Notes under the pieces: model-generated
What the model was told of the DNA's origin: nothing
The model's input: only the letters and a program-made list of their open reading frames with translations
The model's database searches: none
Part shown: positions 12,396 through 27,550 of the stretch, piece after piece
Layout of the letters: each line of letters opens with the position of its first letter
How positions within the stretch are numbered: the stretch's first letter is position 1
Translations under genes and position numbers: made by a program
DNA from: the human T2T-CHM13v2.0 reference genome, Homo sapiens
Reading direction: 5' to 3' (one strand)
NCBI RefSeq assembly: GCF_009914755.1
Contig: NC_060933.1
Length of the DNA: 64,000 bases

Positions 12396-13806
12396 AGATC
12401 ATTTTGTTGAGCACATATTCTGTCCTGGGCCCTGTGCTGATTGATCTTGCTGTGTACAGTGGAAAGTCATACATGGTCACTGCTTTCAAGGAGCTCATAG
12501 TCCCATGGGGAGATTGTCTTATTTTTTTATGATACTACTATGTTATTTTTTAAAGATACTACTTTAAAAAATAAGAGAGTTAAAATGTTATTGGTAATAG
12601 GGGGCCCAGGGAAGTCCCTGGGTGGAGAGAAGGCAGAGATAGTTCATTTTACCTAGGAATGGGTTTCTAGAGGAGAGGGAGCTTGGTGGGAGCCCAGGAA
12701 AGTGAAAAGGTGTTTTTCAGGTGGACAAGGGTGATATGTAGTTAGGCAGAAGGAAATACAGATGAAGGGAGAAATATGAGCAGAGGGAAAAGAAAAGGAG
12801 ATGTGAAACAACATCCATAGCAAATGGTTTGGTTTACCTGGAGCACCTGCTTTGTTCAGAGGCATGTCCAAGATTGCAGTTGAAGAGGTGTCTGTGGGTT
12901 AGATCAGGAAGTGGTTTTCATGCTTGCCTTGGGAAATTGAACTCTTAATAGTAACCACATGTTGATGGCTAAACACAGTTAAAAGGATATTGAACCATTC
13001 ATCCATTATTTGAGTAAACATTTATTGGGTACTTACGTGCTAGCACGCTGAAAAATGTGGGTAGAAATAATACAAATTCCCTCCTCCAAGAAGCCTGCAG
13101 TCTATCAAATATGTAACAGCAGTCAGGCCCTGACTTCTACGTTAACTTGTAAGACACAAAAACAAAAATGAAGCAAACTGAAAGCAATCGGTCATCTTCT
13201 ACTCAGCATACCCAGAGTGGGCTGATAGTGACAGAGTAGGCAATGATGAGGGATGTGAGGAAAGGAGGAATTACTGTGAAGGGAGGATACATAACTCCAG
13301 GAGCTCTTCCTGGAGAAAGTGGCTCAGAGGATAAATTCTGCAATGCAAAGAGAAGAATATGTTTTCAATGCACACATTTTTATGTTCTTAAATATCTGTT
13401 GCATTTCCCCCCCACGACTCAGGTCTAAAAAAGCTTCCCATCTCTGACATTAAGTGACCACTCCAACTTTATAGTCCTCCCACATCCTCCACCTAACTAA
13501 CCTTTCTTGAACACCTACATTTTGCCAGGCACTTTTATAAGCATTTAGTTATAGTATTCCATTTACCCACTAACTTGTAAGATCTGTTTCATAAACACCA
13601 TCTTGCAGATGAGACAACTGAAACTAGAAAGTGTTAGGTTGCTGCAAAAGTAATTGTGGTTTTGCATTATTGGAATTTGCCATTTGATATTGAAATACAT
13701 TCTTAAATAAATGTGGTTATGTTATACATCATTTTAATGGGCATTTCTTGCTTTTATTTTTTGCTAATGACATTACTTGCTGTTTATTTTATGTTTATTT
13801 TAGACT

Positions 13807-15163
<1,357 letters not shown>

Positions 15164-15444
15164 TAAAGATGTGTTTGACCCTAGCTATAATGATTTAAAA
15201 TTCGTGGTCCAAAACCACAGTTCTTTTTGCACCAACCAATACAGCAAAAATGTGTTTTCATAAATGTTCTACAACAAAATCTAAGAACTTTCCAGTATAT
15301 TGTATGGTATAACACACTTTCTAGTTCAGATGTCTGCAAACTAAAAAAAAATGTGATGATCAAAACCATTGAATGCTAGCAAAGGGATTACCCAATAATT
15401 GTCATCTCACAGCTATTCATTATTGCCAGGAAGTTCTCAGACTT

Positions 15445-15600
15445 CATGCAAACCTTACCCCCTCATCTTTCACATTAGGAAACTGAGGCTCAGGGAAATT
15501 CAGCACTGGCTCAGTGTGATGGAGAGTGTTTGTAGCCAGGCCAGAAGTGAGATCCAGGTTTATAGTTCCTCTTCTTATGATCTTCTCACTAACGTTTATA
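15445..15600 (-). mobile_element. MIR SINE
   Basis: ccctcatctttcacattaggaaactgaggctcaggga core. Confidence 0.7.
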
Positions 15601-16523
15601 GTTCTAATGCTAGATTCTGATTCTTCTCATTTTATGTTCTCCTTGCAGTTTGTAAGGTGTGTTGGGAAGGGTATAGGTTTTGAAGCCATTTGGATCTTGG
15701 TCCAGGTTAGAGATCTACCACTGATTTACTCTGTGGCCAAGAACGAGCTTCCTCCTGGGTTTCAATGTCCTGTCAAATGGGGTAAAACAATCTCTCTCTA
15801 GTAGGTTTGTGATAAGTGTTAAAAAAAGTCACGTATAGAGTAACTAGGACAGAGTTCAACATATAATCCGACCTAATACATGTTCGTTTTTCAACTTCCC
15901 TTGCTAGGAGATGGAAGGAAGGTGAATCTGCCATGATCGCTACTTTCAAAGAATGTGAACTCTCTTTGCTCCCTGCACCCCAACAAAGATTTCTCTCTTA
16001 TCACTGTGACTGTGTTATCAGAGGGGGATAACATAGTGGTTGGAAACACTTCCTCAGACTGGAGAGACTGGCTAGGATTTGAAGAATGCCTCCCTAGGGT
16101 CTCTATGTCAGTAACACTTTATGTTCACCAGTGGAGCACACCAGTTACTTTCTGGATAGATAAAACAATTCCATTATTTACCTGTGCACAAAATGATTTC
16201 CGTCTTTGTCAGGGCTGAGGTGCTAGTTTTATGATATAAGGGAGGACTCTGATTCGAGACTGCTCTTTAGTCTCTTATTTCAAAGATAGTTTTTTTCTGA
16301 GAAATGGCAGGATTGGACTGCGCCTTTTCATGGAAGTTCTTTTCTCTGAAATAATGGAAATTTGTAAGTCCCTATAGGAATGGAGTGGCTGAACTTCCAG
16401 ATCTGAATTTCACTGAAGATGTTTCTGACAGACGTGTCCCTTCAATGGTAATCTTGCCTTCACTAGAGATTTGAGAAAAGAATGAAGCATGTTTTGCATT
16501 TTGAAAATAGAAACCATGGCACC

Positions 16524-16526
<3 letters not shown>

Positions 16527-16599
<73 letters not shown>
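16527..16599. repeat. (TC)n(TG)n compound microsatellite
   Basis: About 22 TC units then about 14 TG units. Confidence 0.97.
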
Positions 16600-17442
16600 C
16601 TTTTACCTTGCCTGCATCTCCTTTTTTTATTTTTTAAAAATAAATATTTTTGTTTTATTTTGTTTTATAAATAAAAGTTTTATTTATAAAAAGTTTACTT
16701 TATAAAACTTTTTATAAGTTTTATTTATAAAAATAAAATGTTATAATTTCTATGTGTGCAAAAAAATGTATGCACCTGTATTCTTTATTTCCAGTGGAAA
16801 ATGGCAAGATTCAGACAGTTTCCCAGATGTCTCCAAACCTACTTGTTCTAGAATCATGTAATACAATATATATAGACACAAGTAACATCTATTTTTTTTC
16901 TTTTCATATACTTCTAACAGTCCACTTTTAAGTGCTCCCATGAGGCTTTTCTTGATTTGCTTTATTTTTCTTTTAAATAAAATCTTAAGCTGCCCACTCC
17001 AGTGATGAGGTACTACCTAGTCCTAGTAAGAGATTGCAGTGGGATCGAATGGGACAAAAACAAAGACCATGAAGCAGTAAGTACTTCCTAATTATTCAAA
17101 GAAGGCATGTGGAGCACTTGCCATGTGGCAGACACAGTGCTGGGAGCTGAAATTAGAACAGGGGGAAAAAAGAAAAGACATACTACTTGCCCATACAGTG
17201 CTAGCTTCTTAGAAATTTTTGGCTGAATTTATGAATGAGAGTATTTTTTCATTTATAAAATGTAAATAAAAGCAACCATGTACTAGGGCAGTTGTGAGAG
17301 TTAAATTACATGTATGCATGAATATGAGTAAATATGGCAAACTGGTTAGGAGGTCAGGCTCTGAAGTCAGAATGCCTGAGTTTGAATCCCAGATCTAAGC
17401 ACTGAACTCTTTTTGCCTCAAGTTTCTCTTCAGTGAAGTGAG

Positions 17443-17824
17443 TGATATGGTTTGGCTTTGTGTCCTCACCCAAATCTCATCTCTAATTGTAATCTCCATG
17501 TGTTGAGGGAGGGACCTGTAATCCTCATGTGTTGAGGGAGGGAGGTGATTGGATCATGGGGGCAGTTTCCCCCATGCTGTTCTTATGATAGTAAGTGAGT
17601 TCTCGTGAGATCTGGTGGTTTTATAAGTGTTTGACATTTCCTCCTACATACACTATCTCTTTCACCTGCCACCATGTAAGATGTGTCTGCTTCTCCGTCT
17701 GTCATGGTTGTAAGTTTCCTGAGACCTCCCCATGTGGAACTGTGACTCAATTAAACCTCTTTCCTTTATAAATTACCCAGTCTCTAGTAGTACCTTTATA
17801 GCGGTGTGAGAACGAACTAATACA
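17443..17824 (+). mobile_element. THE1D/MSTA-like solo LTR inserted into a MIR
   Basis: tgatatggttttggc...gaactaataca; 5-bp TSD gtgag at 17438-17442 and 17825-17829; MIR halves on both sides. Confidence 0.93.
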
Positions 17825-18494
17825 GTGAGGAAAATGCTATTAGTTGCTGTAAGGAAAAAATGAGATAATTTATGAAAAGCACTTAGTGCTAAGCACAGAG
17901 TAAATGCTCAATACTGGTAGTTCTTGGGTACATAGTAGATGCTCAGTTAGATTTTGTTACTAATTCACTGAAGCCGGAAGAAGACAGAATTTTGCAATGT
18001 AAGTAGAACTGAATGTGTTTTTATATGTGTAGCTTTTCTAAGATAATTATGTTTGAGAGGTGTTGTTTCCAGTAGAACTCTTTAAATATTATTACACAGC
18101 TCTTGGGAACTTGGGAAAATTTTACTCATTATTCCAATACATCTCCCTGAAGACTGATTTCCACCCCCCACAAGTTTCCATGTTCTTCATGGGTCTGGAA
18201 TTTAGTCAGAGAGACAGGCTACTTTTCTCTAACCCAAGCCTTCTTCTTGGGTGATTAAGCACGTAGTTTCATGGGAAGTTTAAGACCAAAGAATTATGGC
18301 ATTGTCATGTCAGGCACTCAAGTGTCAGGGATTTGGCTTAAGTGAATTGATTACTGGAAACCCTTGAAACTTGTTATCTTTAAGTTGCTTCCAGCGCCTG
18401 TGACCAGAAATGCATGGTGACTCCCAATAACATCTGCCTTTCTTACAATCCCGCCCATACCAGTTCAAAGATCACATAGCTGATTCTTTTATTA

Positions 18495-19100
18495 ATAAAA
18501 TATTTATTGAGCTCCCACAGCACTCTAAGCACTCTGCTAAGTGCTCAAGATTTAGACAGGAATAAAGTATTATCTCTGCTATCATGACTGTTATCTTGCA
18601 GTGAAGGGTTAGATAAGGAGACAGGAAATGTCAATAGATTATAACAAATGGGACAGTGGCACAGGGACATGTCTGGGACACATAAGCAAGGTTCCTGCCT
18701 CCTCTTTGGGGCCAGATTACATTTAGTGATGACTGTGAGAAAAATGTGTCAGCTGAACTGAGGTCTGAAGGCAGGGTAAATGTAAGCCAGGCAAAGTGGA
18801 CATGGGATATTAGGATATATTTCTGCCGAAGTAACAACATATAAAGACCTAGGAATTAGCAAAAGCGTAGCACATACAGGAAACTGTAAAGAATGCACAA
18901 AGTCTTGTATACAAAGTTGGACATAGTGAGAGTTGAGGGTGGAAAAGCAAACCAAAGGCAAATCTTGTCCAAGGAATTTGAACTAGCTGAGTGCTTGGAA
19001 CATTGGTACATCTTTGTTGAAAGACTAAATGGATCAATAAACTGTATTCTGAGGGAAATGAAGAGCCATTAATTCATTTAAATTAGCATCTGACTTGTGT
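18495..19100 (-). mobile_element. L2 LINE
   Basis: aaatatttattgagc..actctgctaagtgct..gctgaactgaggtctgaagg..gaagagccatt: L2 reverse. Confidence 0.7.
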
Positions 19101-19250
19101 TATATGATCATAGAATCTAGGTTAAATAATTCACCTGGTGCCTCATATGAGAGCTTGACATAGGAGGAACAATCTTCCTCTGTGTTGCAATCACAATAGC
19201 ATGAACAAAATGGGAATATGGGGAAAACAGGAGAAGGAGACAAATAGAAG

Positions 19251-19436
19251 AGCATTCATCCCAGGGAACAGACTAAATACGGAAGGCCTATGCCCAGCCC
19301 AAAGAAATGCAGAGATGGACAAGTCATCTCGCATGGATAAGCAAGCATTCATCCCAGGGAACAGACTAAATAAGGAAGGCCTATGCCCAGCCCAAAGAAA
19401 TGCAGAGATGGACAAGTCATCTCGCATGGATAGGCA
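19251..19436. repeat. 93-bp tandem duplication, 2 copies
   Basis: Units 19251-19343 and 19344-19436 differ at two positions. Confidence 0.97.
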
Positions 19437-19729
19437 ATAGAATGGAATGTGTGTATTTAAGCCCCAGAGACAATGGCGTTCCAACCTTGCCTTTGTCCCT
19501 ACCACCTATGGACTTTCATCTTTTTGAGACTAAGTTTCTTTATAGGGAAGATGTGATTTTTAACATCCCTGCGTGGAGTTGTTGTGAATATATAATAGCT
19601 TTATGTATAATGCGTTTATATATAAAATTCTCAGCACAGGGCTATATACTTCTTCTGGGATACTCAGAAAAGATCATTTAAGATAAGAAGCCATCCTAAA
19701 TTTGGATGTTTTCTAATATACCACTGAGA

Positions 19730-19970
19730 ATAACTATATTTATTGAATGCTTATATTGTGTTATGTGCTGTTCTAAGATTTATAGTGACCGTGGATTTAA
19801 TCCTGCCAAAGACCCTATAAGATAGTGAATTCTGTTATTCTCACTTTACAAAGAAGAAAACAGAAGCCTGGTGGAAATAAGTATGAATTTGCATGAAGAT
19901 GTATGGCCAGAGGTGGTGGAGTTGGGACTCAAACCCAGGCTGTCTGGGATTGAAATGCTTTCCTATATTG
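19730..19970 (-). mobile_element. MIR SINE
   Basis: atttattgaatgctta..tttaatcct..ttattctcactttacaaagaagaaaacaga..gggactcaaacccaggctgtctg. Confidence 0.75.
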
Positions 19971-22245
19971 CTGAAAAAAAAAATGGCTGTACAGTAAATA
20001 AAATATCACAGTGTCATGTATGAAGTCAGTGGTTCTGGCAACCCTGATCTAATGCTGCATGTGGTCATAAACTGAACTCAGGGAAGTTGGAAGTTGAGTT
20101 TTGAAACAACTTTAAATCATCTTATTTAGCCCCTTAATACTCACATCAGAAATAATCTTATTTTGTGTACATTGTTAGACAATTACCAATAACCTAACTA
20201 CGGTTTTGTCTAAGACACTGATTTGACTTAGTTGTCTGGAAGATTTAGTTGTCTGGAAAGACATTGTGATATTGCATAAACTTTTAAAAAATCTAGTTAA
20301 GTATTGCCTTTTACACACAAAGAAAAACAGTTTTGTTTAAGGTGAAGAGACTTGCTGAAATGTTTCCTAACAAAGATATTTGGTGCCATGGAGTTTGAAA
20401 AACAGGGAAGAATTTTCAGGTATGATGCAGTCTTCATCACTGAACTCATTGTACTGTTTAGTTATATGTAACAGAAAGAAGTCAAACTTGCTTAGAAAAT
20501 GAAGGGGAATTTATTTATGGTTGTATCCAAAATTTCAGAGGTAGGAGGAACTTTATGTACAGCTCACATCAGTGACTCAAGATTATTACCAAAAGACTAT
20601 TTTGTCTTTTTCTTCTTTGTTTTCTATCCTTTTGTTATCATATTAGAATATAAGGTGGCTATACTAGCCAGATACTCCAGGTCAACATGCTTATTCACAG
20701 GCAGTGATCGAAAGAACATCGCTGGGGATCAGTCAAAACTGCCTGAAATGGGTATCCAAGAATGGTAGCAGGTCATTTCTCCTAAGGAAATTTGTGGAAC
20801 TATTATCCTTAAGAAGGGGAAATGGAGGTAAACAGTAAACCAAGGTGTACACTGAAATCTCTTTCTAGGAGAAAAGAGTCCACATTCAAAAGTCCCAAGC
20901 ATTGTCTGAGCAATGTTATGTGACTTCAATAAACATTTGCAACTTTGTATTTATTGGATTCATCGGTGGTCACTTAGCATGACTGAATGACCTGTCCATA
21001 AATATCTGAAGGTCATTCTCAGATCTTAGAGGAATACTAAAGTGTGAATGTTTTATTTCTAAGATTGGGAAACTGATGCTCCAGGAGAGAAAGTAACTTG
21101 TCTAAATTCTCCAGACCTGTAAACACAAAGCCGGCATGAGAACCCACTCTTTCTTACTGTCTCTCTTAAGTACATACAGATAAACAAAAGAAATTTCAAC
21201 TAATCATGACAAGTACCAAATTATTCAAGAGATTACCCAAACAACTTAGCTAATTCTGATGGTTTTAAACACTAAATCACAAATGAGGCAAGACAGGAGA
21301 ATGTCAGAGGTGCACACATAACATGTTAGGCATGCATGGGAGCAGTAGCATGTTTGCGTTATTGTTTGTTTACATGGCTTAGTATCTAAGGGACATGAAG
21401 TATTGTCATTTATCAGAGACTAGGTCTCAAGTTTGACTCTGGTTTAACTTTTCCATAATCTGCTCACTACATTTCTTCATTTAGGCAGCTCTTTCACAAC
21501 GGTAAAAGCATCAGGTGACAACTTCCATCTGGCTGGTCCCAAGTTACTTTTCATGTAATTCATCCTTTTAATAAGCTATCTCCTGACATATTGGGTCCAT
21601 CTTGACAAGCCATGTTTTTTTTTGTGAGACATCATTCTAATTATCTTAATATCTTAGAAGGAAGAACTCCATAATTATCTTTTATGGGAAGGCTCGAGAC
21701 ACACATTTGAAATTGTATGCCCAGGACTTTATGTGCAGAAGAATCAAGGTATAGTATTATCCAGTGTCTCTGGCAAGTTTTTGGGACTAAATTTCAGGCT
21801 ACAAGATGTTTGTTGTTCATTGCAAAGGTCAGGTTTGACTGCGTTTATTAAATTACAAACTTGCTTGTCTTGTATCATCGGAAGATGGTATGAATTAAGG
21901 CTTTCTCATTCCAGTCACAGTACAGATTGCAGCTGAAAAACATCTAAAGGGATTCAAGTGACCAAGAACATTGAACAGAAAAACCATAACAAACAGTCCC
22001 TGCCCTTGGGGAGTCCCTATGCTATTTGATACAACAGAAAATGTACCATATGTTAAAATTTAAGACAGACCAAATATCAATCCCTTCCTCCAAATAAATC
22101 AAGCTGTCAGTAGATAAGACCTCCTGCCTCTAAACTTGACTCCTCCAGTTCCCACCACAATGATCCCGATCTCTTACTACTTTTGCAATCAAACAACTTC
22201 AATAGATTTTCATTGCTTTAATGATCAAGTTCAAATGCCTTAAAA

Positions 22246-22738
22246 CAGTGGTCCCCAACCTTTTTGGCACCAGGGACCATGTTTGTGGAAAACAATTTTT
22301 CCATGGACTGAGGGGGGCAGGATGGTTTCAGAATGATTCAAGTGCATTACACTTCTCATGTACTTTATTTCTATTATTATTACATTGTTCATTAATATAT
22401 AATTAATATATAATGAAATAATTATACAACTCTCCACAATGTAGAATCAGTGGGAGCCTTGAGCTTGTTTTCCTGCAACTAGGTGGTCCCATGTGGAGGT
22501 GATGGGAGACAGTGACAGATTCTCATACAGAGCACTCTACCTAGATCCCTCACATACACAGTCCACAATAGCGTTCGTGCTCCTATGAGAATCTAATGCT
22601 CAGGCTGTAATGCAGCAAGGGGGAGTGGCTGTAAATACAGATGAAGCTTCACTCTCTTGCCCACTGCTCACCTCCTGTTTTATGGCCCAGTTCCACATGG
22701 ACCACTATCAGTCTGTGGGCCAGGGGTGGGGGATCCTT
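22246..22738 (+). mobile_element. MER1A (hAT-Charlie)
   Basis: cagtggtccccaacctttttggcaccagggacc..cctatgagaatctaatgc..caggggtgggggatcc. Confidence 0.9.
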
Positions 22739-23222
22739 CAAAGATACACAGTGCCTCCCCTACCCTCATCTCTTAATGTTCTTTAAGGCCCCTTTTTACC
22801 ATCATACAAAAAATGACTTAATTTTCTGTTACATGCTAAACTTATTCACATAGCTAAACTTTTGAAAATACTATTTCTTCAGTCTGGAATGTTCTACTCT
22901 AGTAGTCCAAGTAATAAAATCACCCTTTATGATGTAGCTTAATTATTGAAATCTTTGAGAAGGGTGAATTTTATGGCATATGAAATATATCTTAATAACG
23001 ATGCTATTAAAAACAACAAAACATTGATGACTCTTTTATAAGAAACTTCCCTCTCTTAACTCATTCTACCATACAGTCAGGTACCTGAAAGCAGATATTA
23101 ACACATATACATGTACATGCACACGATACTAGGTTAGGGACCAATTTTTTTCTCCCTTAAAACCCTGCATACCTACCTATTAACTGTGTTTATAGGTTTA
23201 CTTGTTTATTTTCCATCTAGAC

Positions 23223-23532
23223 TTGGAGCCTTTAATGTGGTAGCCATTAATAGCACGTGGCTGTTGAGCTCTTGAAAGATGGCTAGTCCAAAATGAGATA
23301 TGCTGGAAATGTAAAATTCACACACAACATTTCAAAGTCTTGTTATGAAACAATGTAGACTGTCTCATTAGTAGTTTTATAGTGATTACCTATTGAAATT
23401 AATATATACATTGGGCTAAGTGAAAATGTTATTAAAATTAATTTCATTTTTTCTCTTTATTTTTTAAAATGTGTCTACATGAAAATTTAAATTTATGTAT
23501 AGGGCTCATTTTATTTCATTTGGACAACACTG
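23223..23532. mobile_element. MER33-like hAT element inside an L2
   Basis: gtagccattaatagcacgtggctgttgagc..ttggacaacactg; 8-bp TSD atctagac at 23215-23222 and 23533-23540. Confidence 0.85.
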
Positions 23533-23820
23533 ATCTAGACCGTGAGATACTTAAAGGTAGGGACAGTGTTTTATTCATCTCTGCATATAGAGTCAGGCCT
23601 GTGGTAGGTGCTCAAGGACTTCTCTGCATGAGATAAGTGACTGAATATTAAGTCCCAAATGAACAGTGCAGACACTGAGAACAATGGGACTACAAGGGAG
23701 AGGAAATGAACACTATTTCCATACAAGTCCAGGAAAATCTGTACAAGGGATGCAGAAGGCCTCGAAGCTGGAAACGAAGGCCTTGAAGCTAAATTCTTGA
23801 GTAGCTAAAGAAGAGATTGT

Positions 23821-24217
<397 letters not shown>

Positions 24218-24461
24218 TCATAAAGCTGATCTCATCATGACCACTCCAATGGGAATATTTATTTTACCCTTGATTTGGGGTTGCTGATTAGCTTCCAAAG
24301 TATGTAGAGGGTCCTGCCATGCCTGGGGTTTCTCTTAAGATATTTTATATACATGTGGTTGGTTCAGTCGAGGAGAGGCACAAAGTTAATCTAAGGCCTT
24401 CTCTATTCAAAACTGTCAGGTCCACAGTTTTTATTCATGGAAGCTTCTGTAGGCTATTCTA

Positions 24462-24541
24462 TAGGTTGGTGCAAAAGTAACTGCAGCTTTTGTCAGTAAA
24501 AGTAATGCCAAAAAACTGCAATTTCTTTCGCACCAACCTAA
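24462..24541. mobile_element. MADE1 (Hsmar1-derived 80-bp MITE)
   Basis: taggttggtgcaaaagtaa...tttcgcaccaacctaa, flanked by TA on both sides. Confidence 0.95.
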
Positions 24542-24600
24542 TATGTACATCTGAATGGGCTGTAAGCAGACATCTGCCCCTGGCAACAACCAACTGATGA

Positions 24601-24910
<310 letters not shown>

Positions 24911-26774
24911 TGATGATATTTTATAATTAAATTAATCCATTCAGACAGACTTTCTGATATTCAGATTTTAAAATGCAAAAGAGGATAGGGCAGTTATTTG
25001 CAAGATAAATCTCTCTCAATAGTAAGTATAGTTTTGTATAATATTGTATAAAAACAATGCTAATAACAAAATGTATTGAAAATTCACTATATTGGACATT
25101 GAATGTTATTTACATTACCTCATTCAAACTCCACAAGAATAAAGTTTGGATTGCCATTCTACATTTACAGTTGAGTTAAGTGGCTCAGAAAGTGGAAACA
25201 ACTGGGCCAAAGTGGAGGAGGAATTAGAACTCAAGTCTGTTTTGCTCATTTTTGCTACCATGTGAAGCTATCTTTAGGGTGTCAGCCATAAGTTTTGATC
25301 AGGTTGTCCTGCCACTGACTTGATAAATCAGCCCCTCAGGAAATAATCTACATGCAGAACTTCCAACTGATTGGAGAAAACAGAAGCTCAGAACCCTGCA
25401 TTTCTGTCGCATACCATTCTTAGTGTAGAATTGGAACTTTAAATACTGGAACCCTGCTCTGAGACTCTGCAGGCCTAATCATCAACGCCTCCTCTAGGTG
25501 CCAGCCATAGAAGGACCACGTTGGGTCTGGCCCTTATTTCAGGGAAAAGGAGACTTTCTGCCCAGTCTCCAGGCTGCTGAATCAGCCTCTTTCTTCCTTT
25601 GGCTTTCAGAATTTACTTTCAACCCTTTATTTTTCAGTTTGATGGCCTCACACAGACTGACTTTTGTGAATTGACAGAGATAAAAGAAAATAAAAACCTG
25701 GTTATGAACCACTGAGTCTATAAACTGGATACTTTCCTAGATGTGTGGAAAATATAACAGTGCTAGTTTTTTTTTTTTGTTGTTCCTCTTGGACTGTGAG
25801 TACAAGGCTCCTTCTTTGAGAATGAGCAGGAATGCCTATAAGGAGTTTTCTTTTTATTTTCCCTGACTCCACTTTTTGTTTCTGGATTATGATTTATATC
25901 AGAAAACATTTCCTATGGTTTGGAGATATTTTTAGAAGTCTGAGGGTGGTCTCAGGAAAAATGGAAAATACTCTGTTATTTGTTTCTTTATCTTCCAACT
26001 TCTCTCTTTAGGTTCCAATCCGGACCTTGCCCTCAGTCTTACCCCTTTCACTGTCCGAGCCAATCTTTTGTCCCTTGTTTATTTCTGTAGGGAAACACCC
26101 AATGCAGGAGGTGATAGCTCTGGAATTTGTCATTGATAAGCCACCTCCTTCCAGAAATCACAAATTCATTCTGACTGAACCCTTTTTTGCTTTAAATCAG
26201 AGGAGCGGTAATTTCTAGTTTGAAAGTGACAGACACATGTGGATGGTATCCTTGGGAAGAGGAGGAAGAGCAGCACTACAGTGTTATTTTACAGACAGCG
26301 TCCTACCTCATCTATGGGCACAGAAAGGCAAGGGAGATCCTTATTTTATACCTCTATGAGAAGGTAGTCTTTTAGCATTGCAGAGATCCTGAACCGATAC
26401 TTTAGGTGATATGAAATGTCAATCATACAGCACCCCTGATGAAAAACCACTGGGCCTAGAAACTTTGAATACTTATGGTGCTGAATAACTCATTACTTTG
26501 GAAAGTTTGCTGTTATTATCTTGTGCTTCTTATCATCAAATATGTTCTCAGGGCCCATTGAGTGCTAGGAAGATCTTGAATCATTTGGAGAAAATGCAGC
26601 ACTGTGTATTGGTCTCCAGACAGGTTATATTCCTGGCTGAGGTCACAACGTCTGGTGCAAAACTGAATAATGCGAGGGTGATATGGGATTCGTAAGCATT
26701 TTTACACTCCTGCTAGGACAAGAGAGGGTTTTGGAGATACAGATTCAAAGACAATTATACGTGAAACAGCAAAG

Positions 26775-27012
26775 TCTGATAGTTGAGGACATGGCCTCAG
26801 GATTCAGAGTTCACTACTTATTATCTACATAAAGTTGACCAGCTTACTTAATCTCCATGAGCCTTGGTTTCTCCATTTGTAACATGGGGCTCACAGAAGT
26901 ATTTGCTTCATAGGGGTGTTGAGAAAATGAAATCACTTAATACATGCAAAATATTGAGAATACTGCCTGGCATATAGTAAAAAAGAGCTCAGTAAACTTA
27001 AGCCATTATTGT
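26775..27012 (+). mobile_element. MIR SINE
   Basis: ttacttaatctccatgagccttggtttctccatttgtaacatgggg..tgcctggcatatagtaa. Confidence 0.85.
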
Positions 27013-27254
27013 TATGACCCTGACTCAAGCATGTGTTGAGAAATCCTGAATCAAGTGTAGTATCATCATAGAGGAATGGAACACTTGTTTGTTAAATCTT
27101 TGCACTTGCAAGATTTTTAGTGGACACTAAGTTCTTTACTTTTACAGTCTCATTTGCTCTTTTCTAAAATCCTGTTGTCTGGGCACATCTTAATGTTTCC
27201 CATATTACAGATGGGAGACTTGTAGCTCAAAGAGGTCAGACATTTTTTCCCAAG

Positions 27255-27550
27255 GCCTCAGCTTAAATGTCACACCTTCAGAGATAGATGCCTTCTCAAA
27301 GCACTCAATATAAAACAGTCACCCACTCCCGTTTTACATTTACTCTAAGATTATCATCTGCATGTTATTCACTATTAGCTGGCATTTTTGTCATATTCCT
27401 GTGTGCGACTGTGCTTATTTTATGCCTTTTCCCAGCTAGAACACAAGCTTTCTGAGGATAGGAACCTTTCTTGTCTTGGCACAGAACCAATCTCCAGCAT
27501 TTAATATGTTGCAAATCTTTGGTAAACATTTGCTGAAGGAGTAAATGAAG
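27255..27550 (+). mobile_element. L2 3' end
   Basis: ctcagcttaaatgtcacaccttcagaga..ctagaacacaagctttctgaggatagga..aacatttgctgaaggagtaaatga. Confidence 0.75.

Noticed and set aside
17488-17543. ~29-bp-period tandem duplication inside the THE1D-like LTR
   Set aside because: I recall this duplication as a feature of a THE1D/MSTA variant, so it is probably not locus-specific.
20228-20258. Direct repeat ttagttgtctggaa x2 (period 17)
   Set aside because: An ordinary short slippage duplication; two units only, no array or spacers.
23755-23790. gaaggccYYgaagct x2 (period 21)
   Set aside because: Short local duplication with no further structure.
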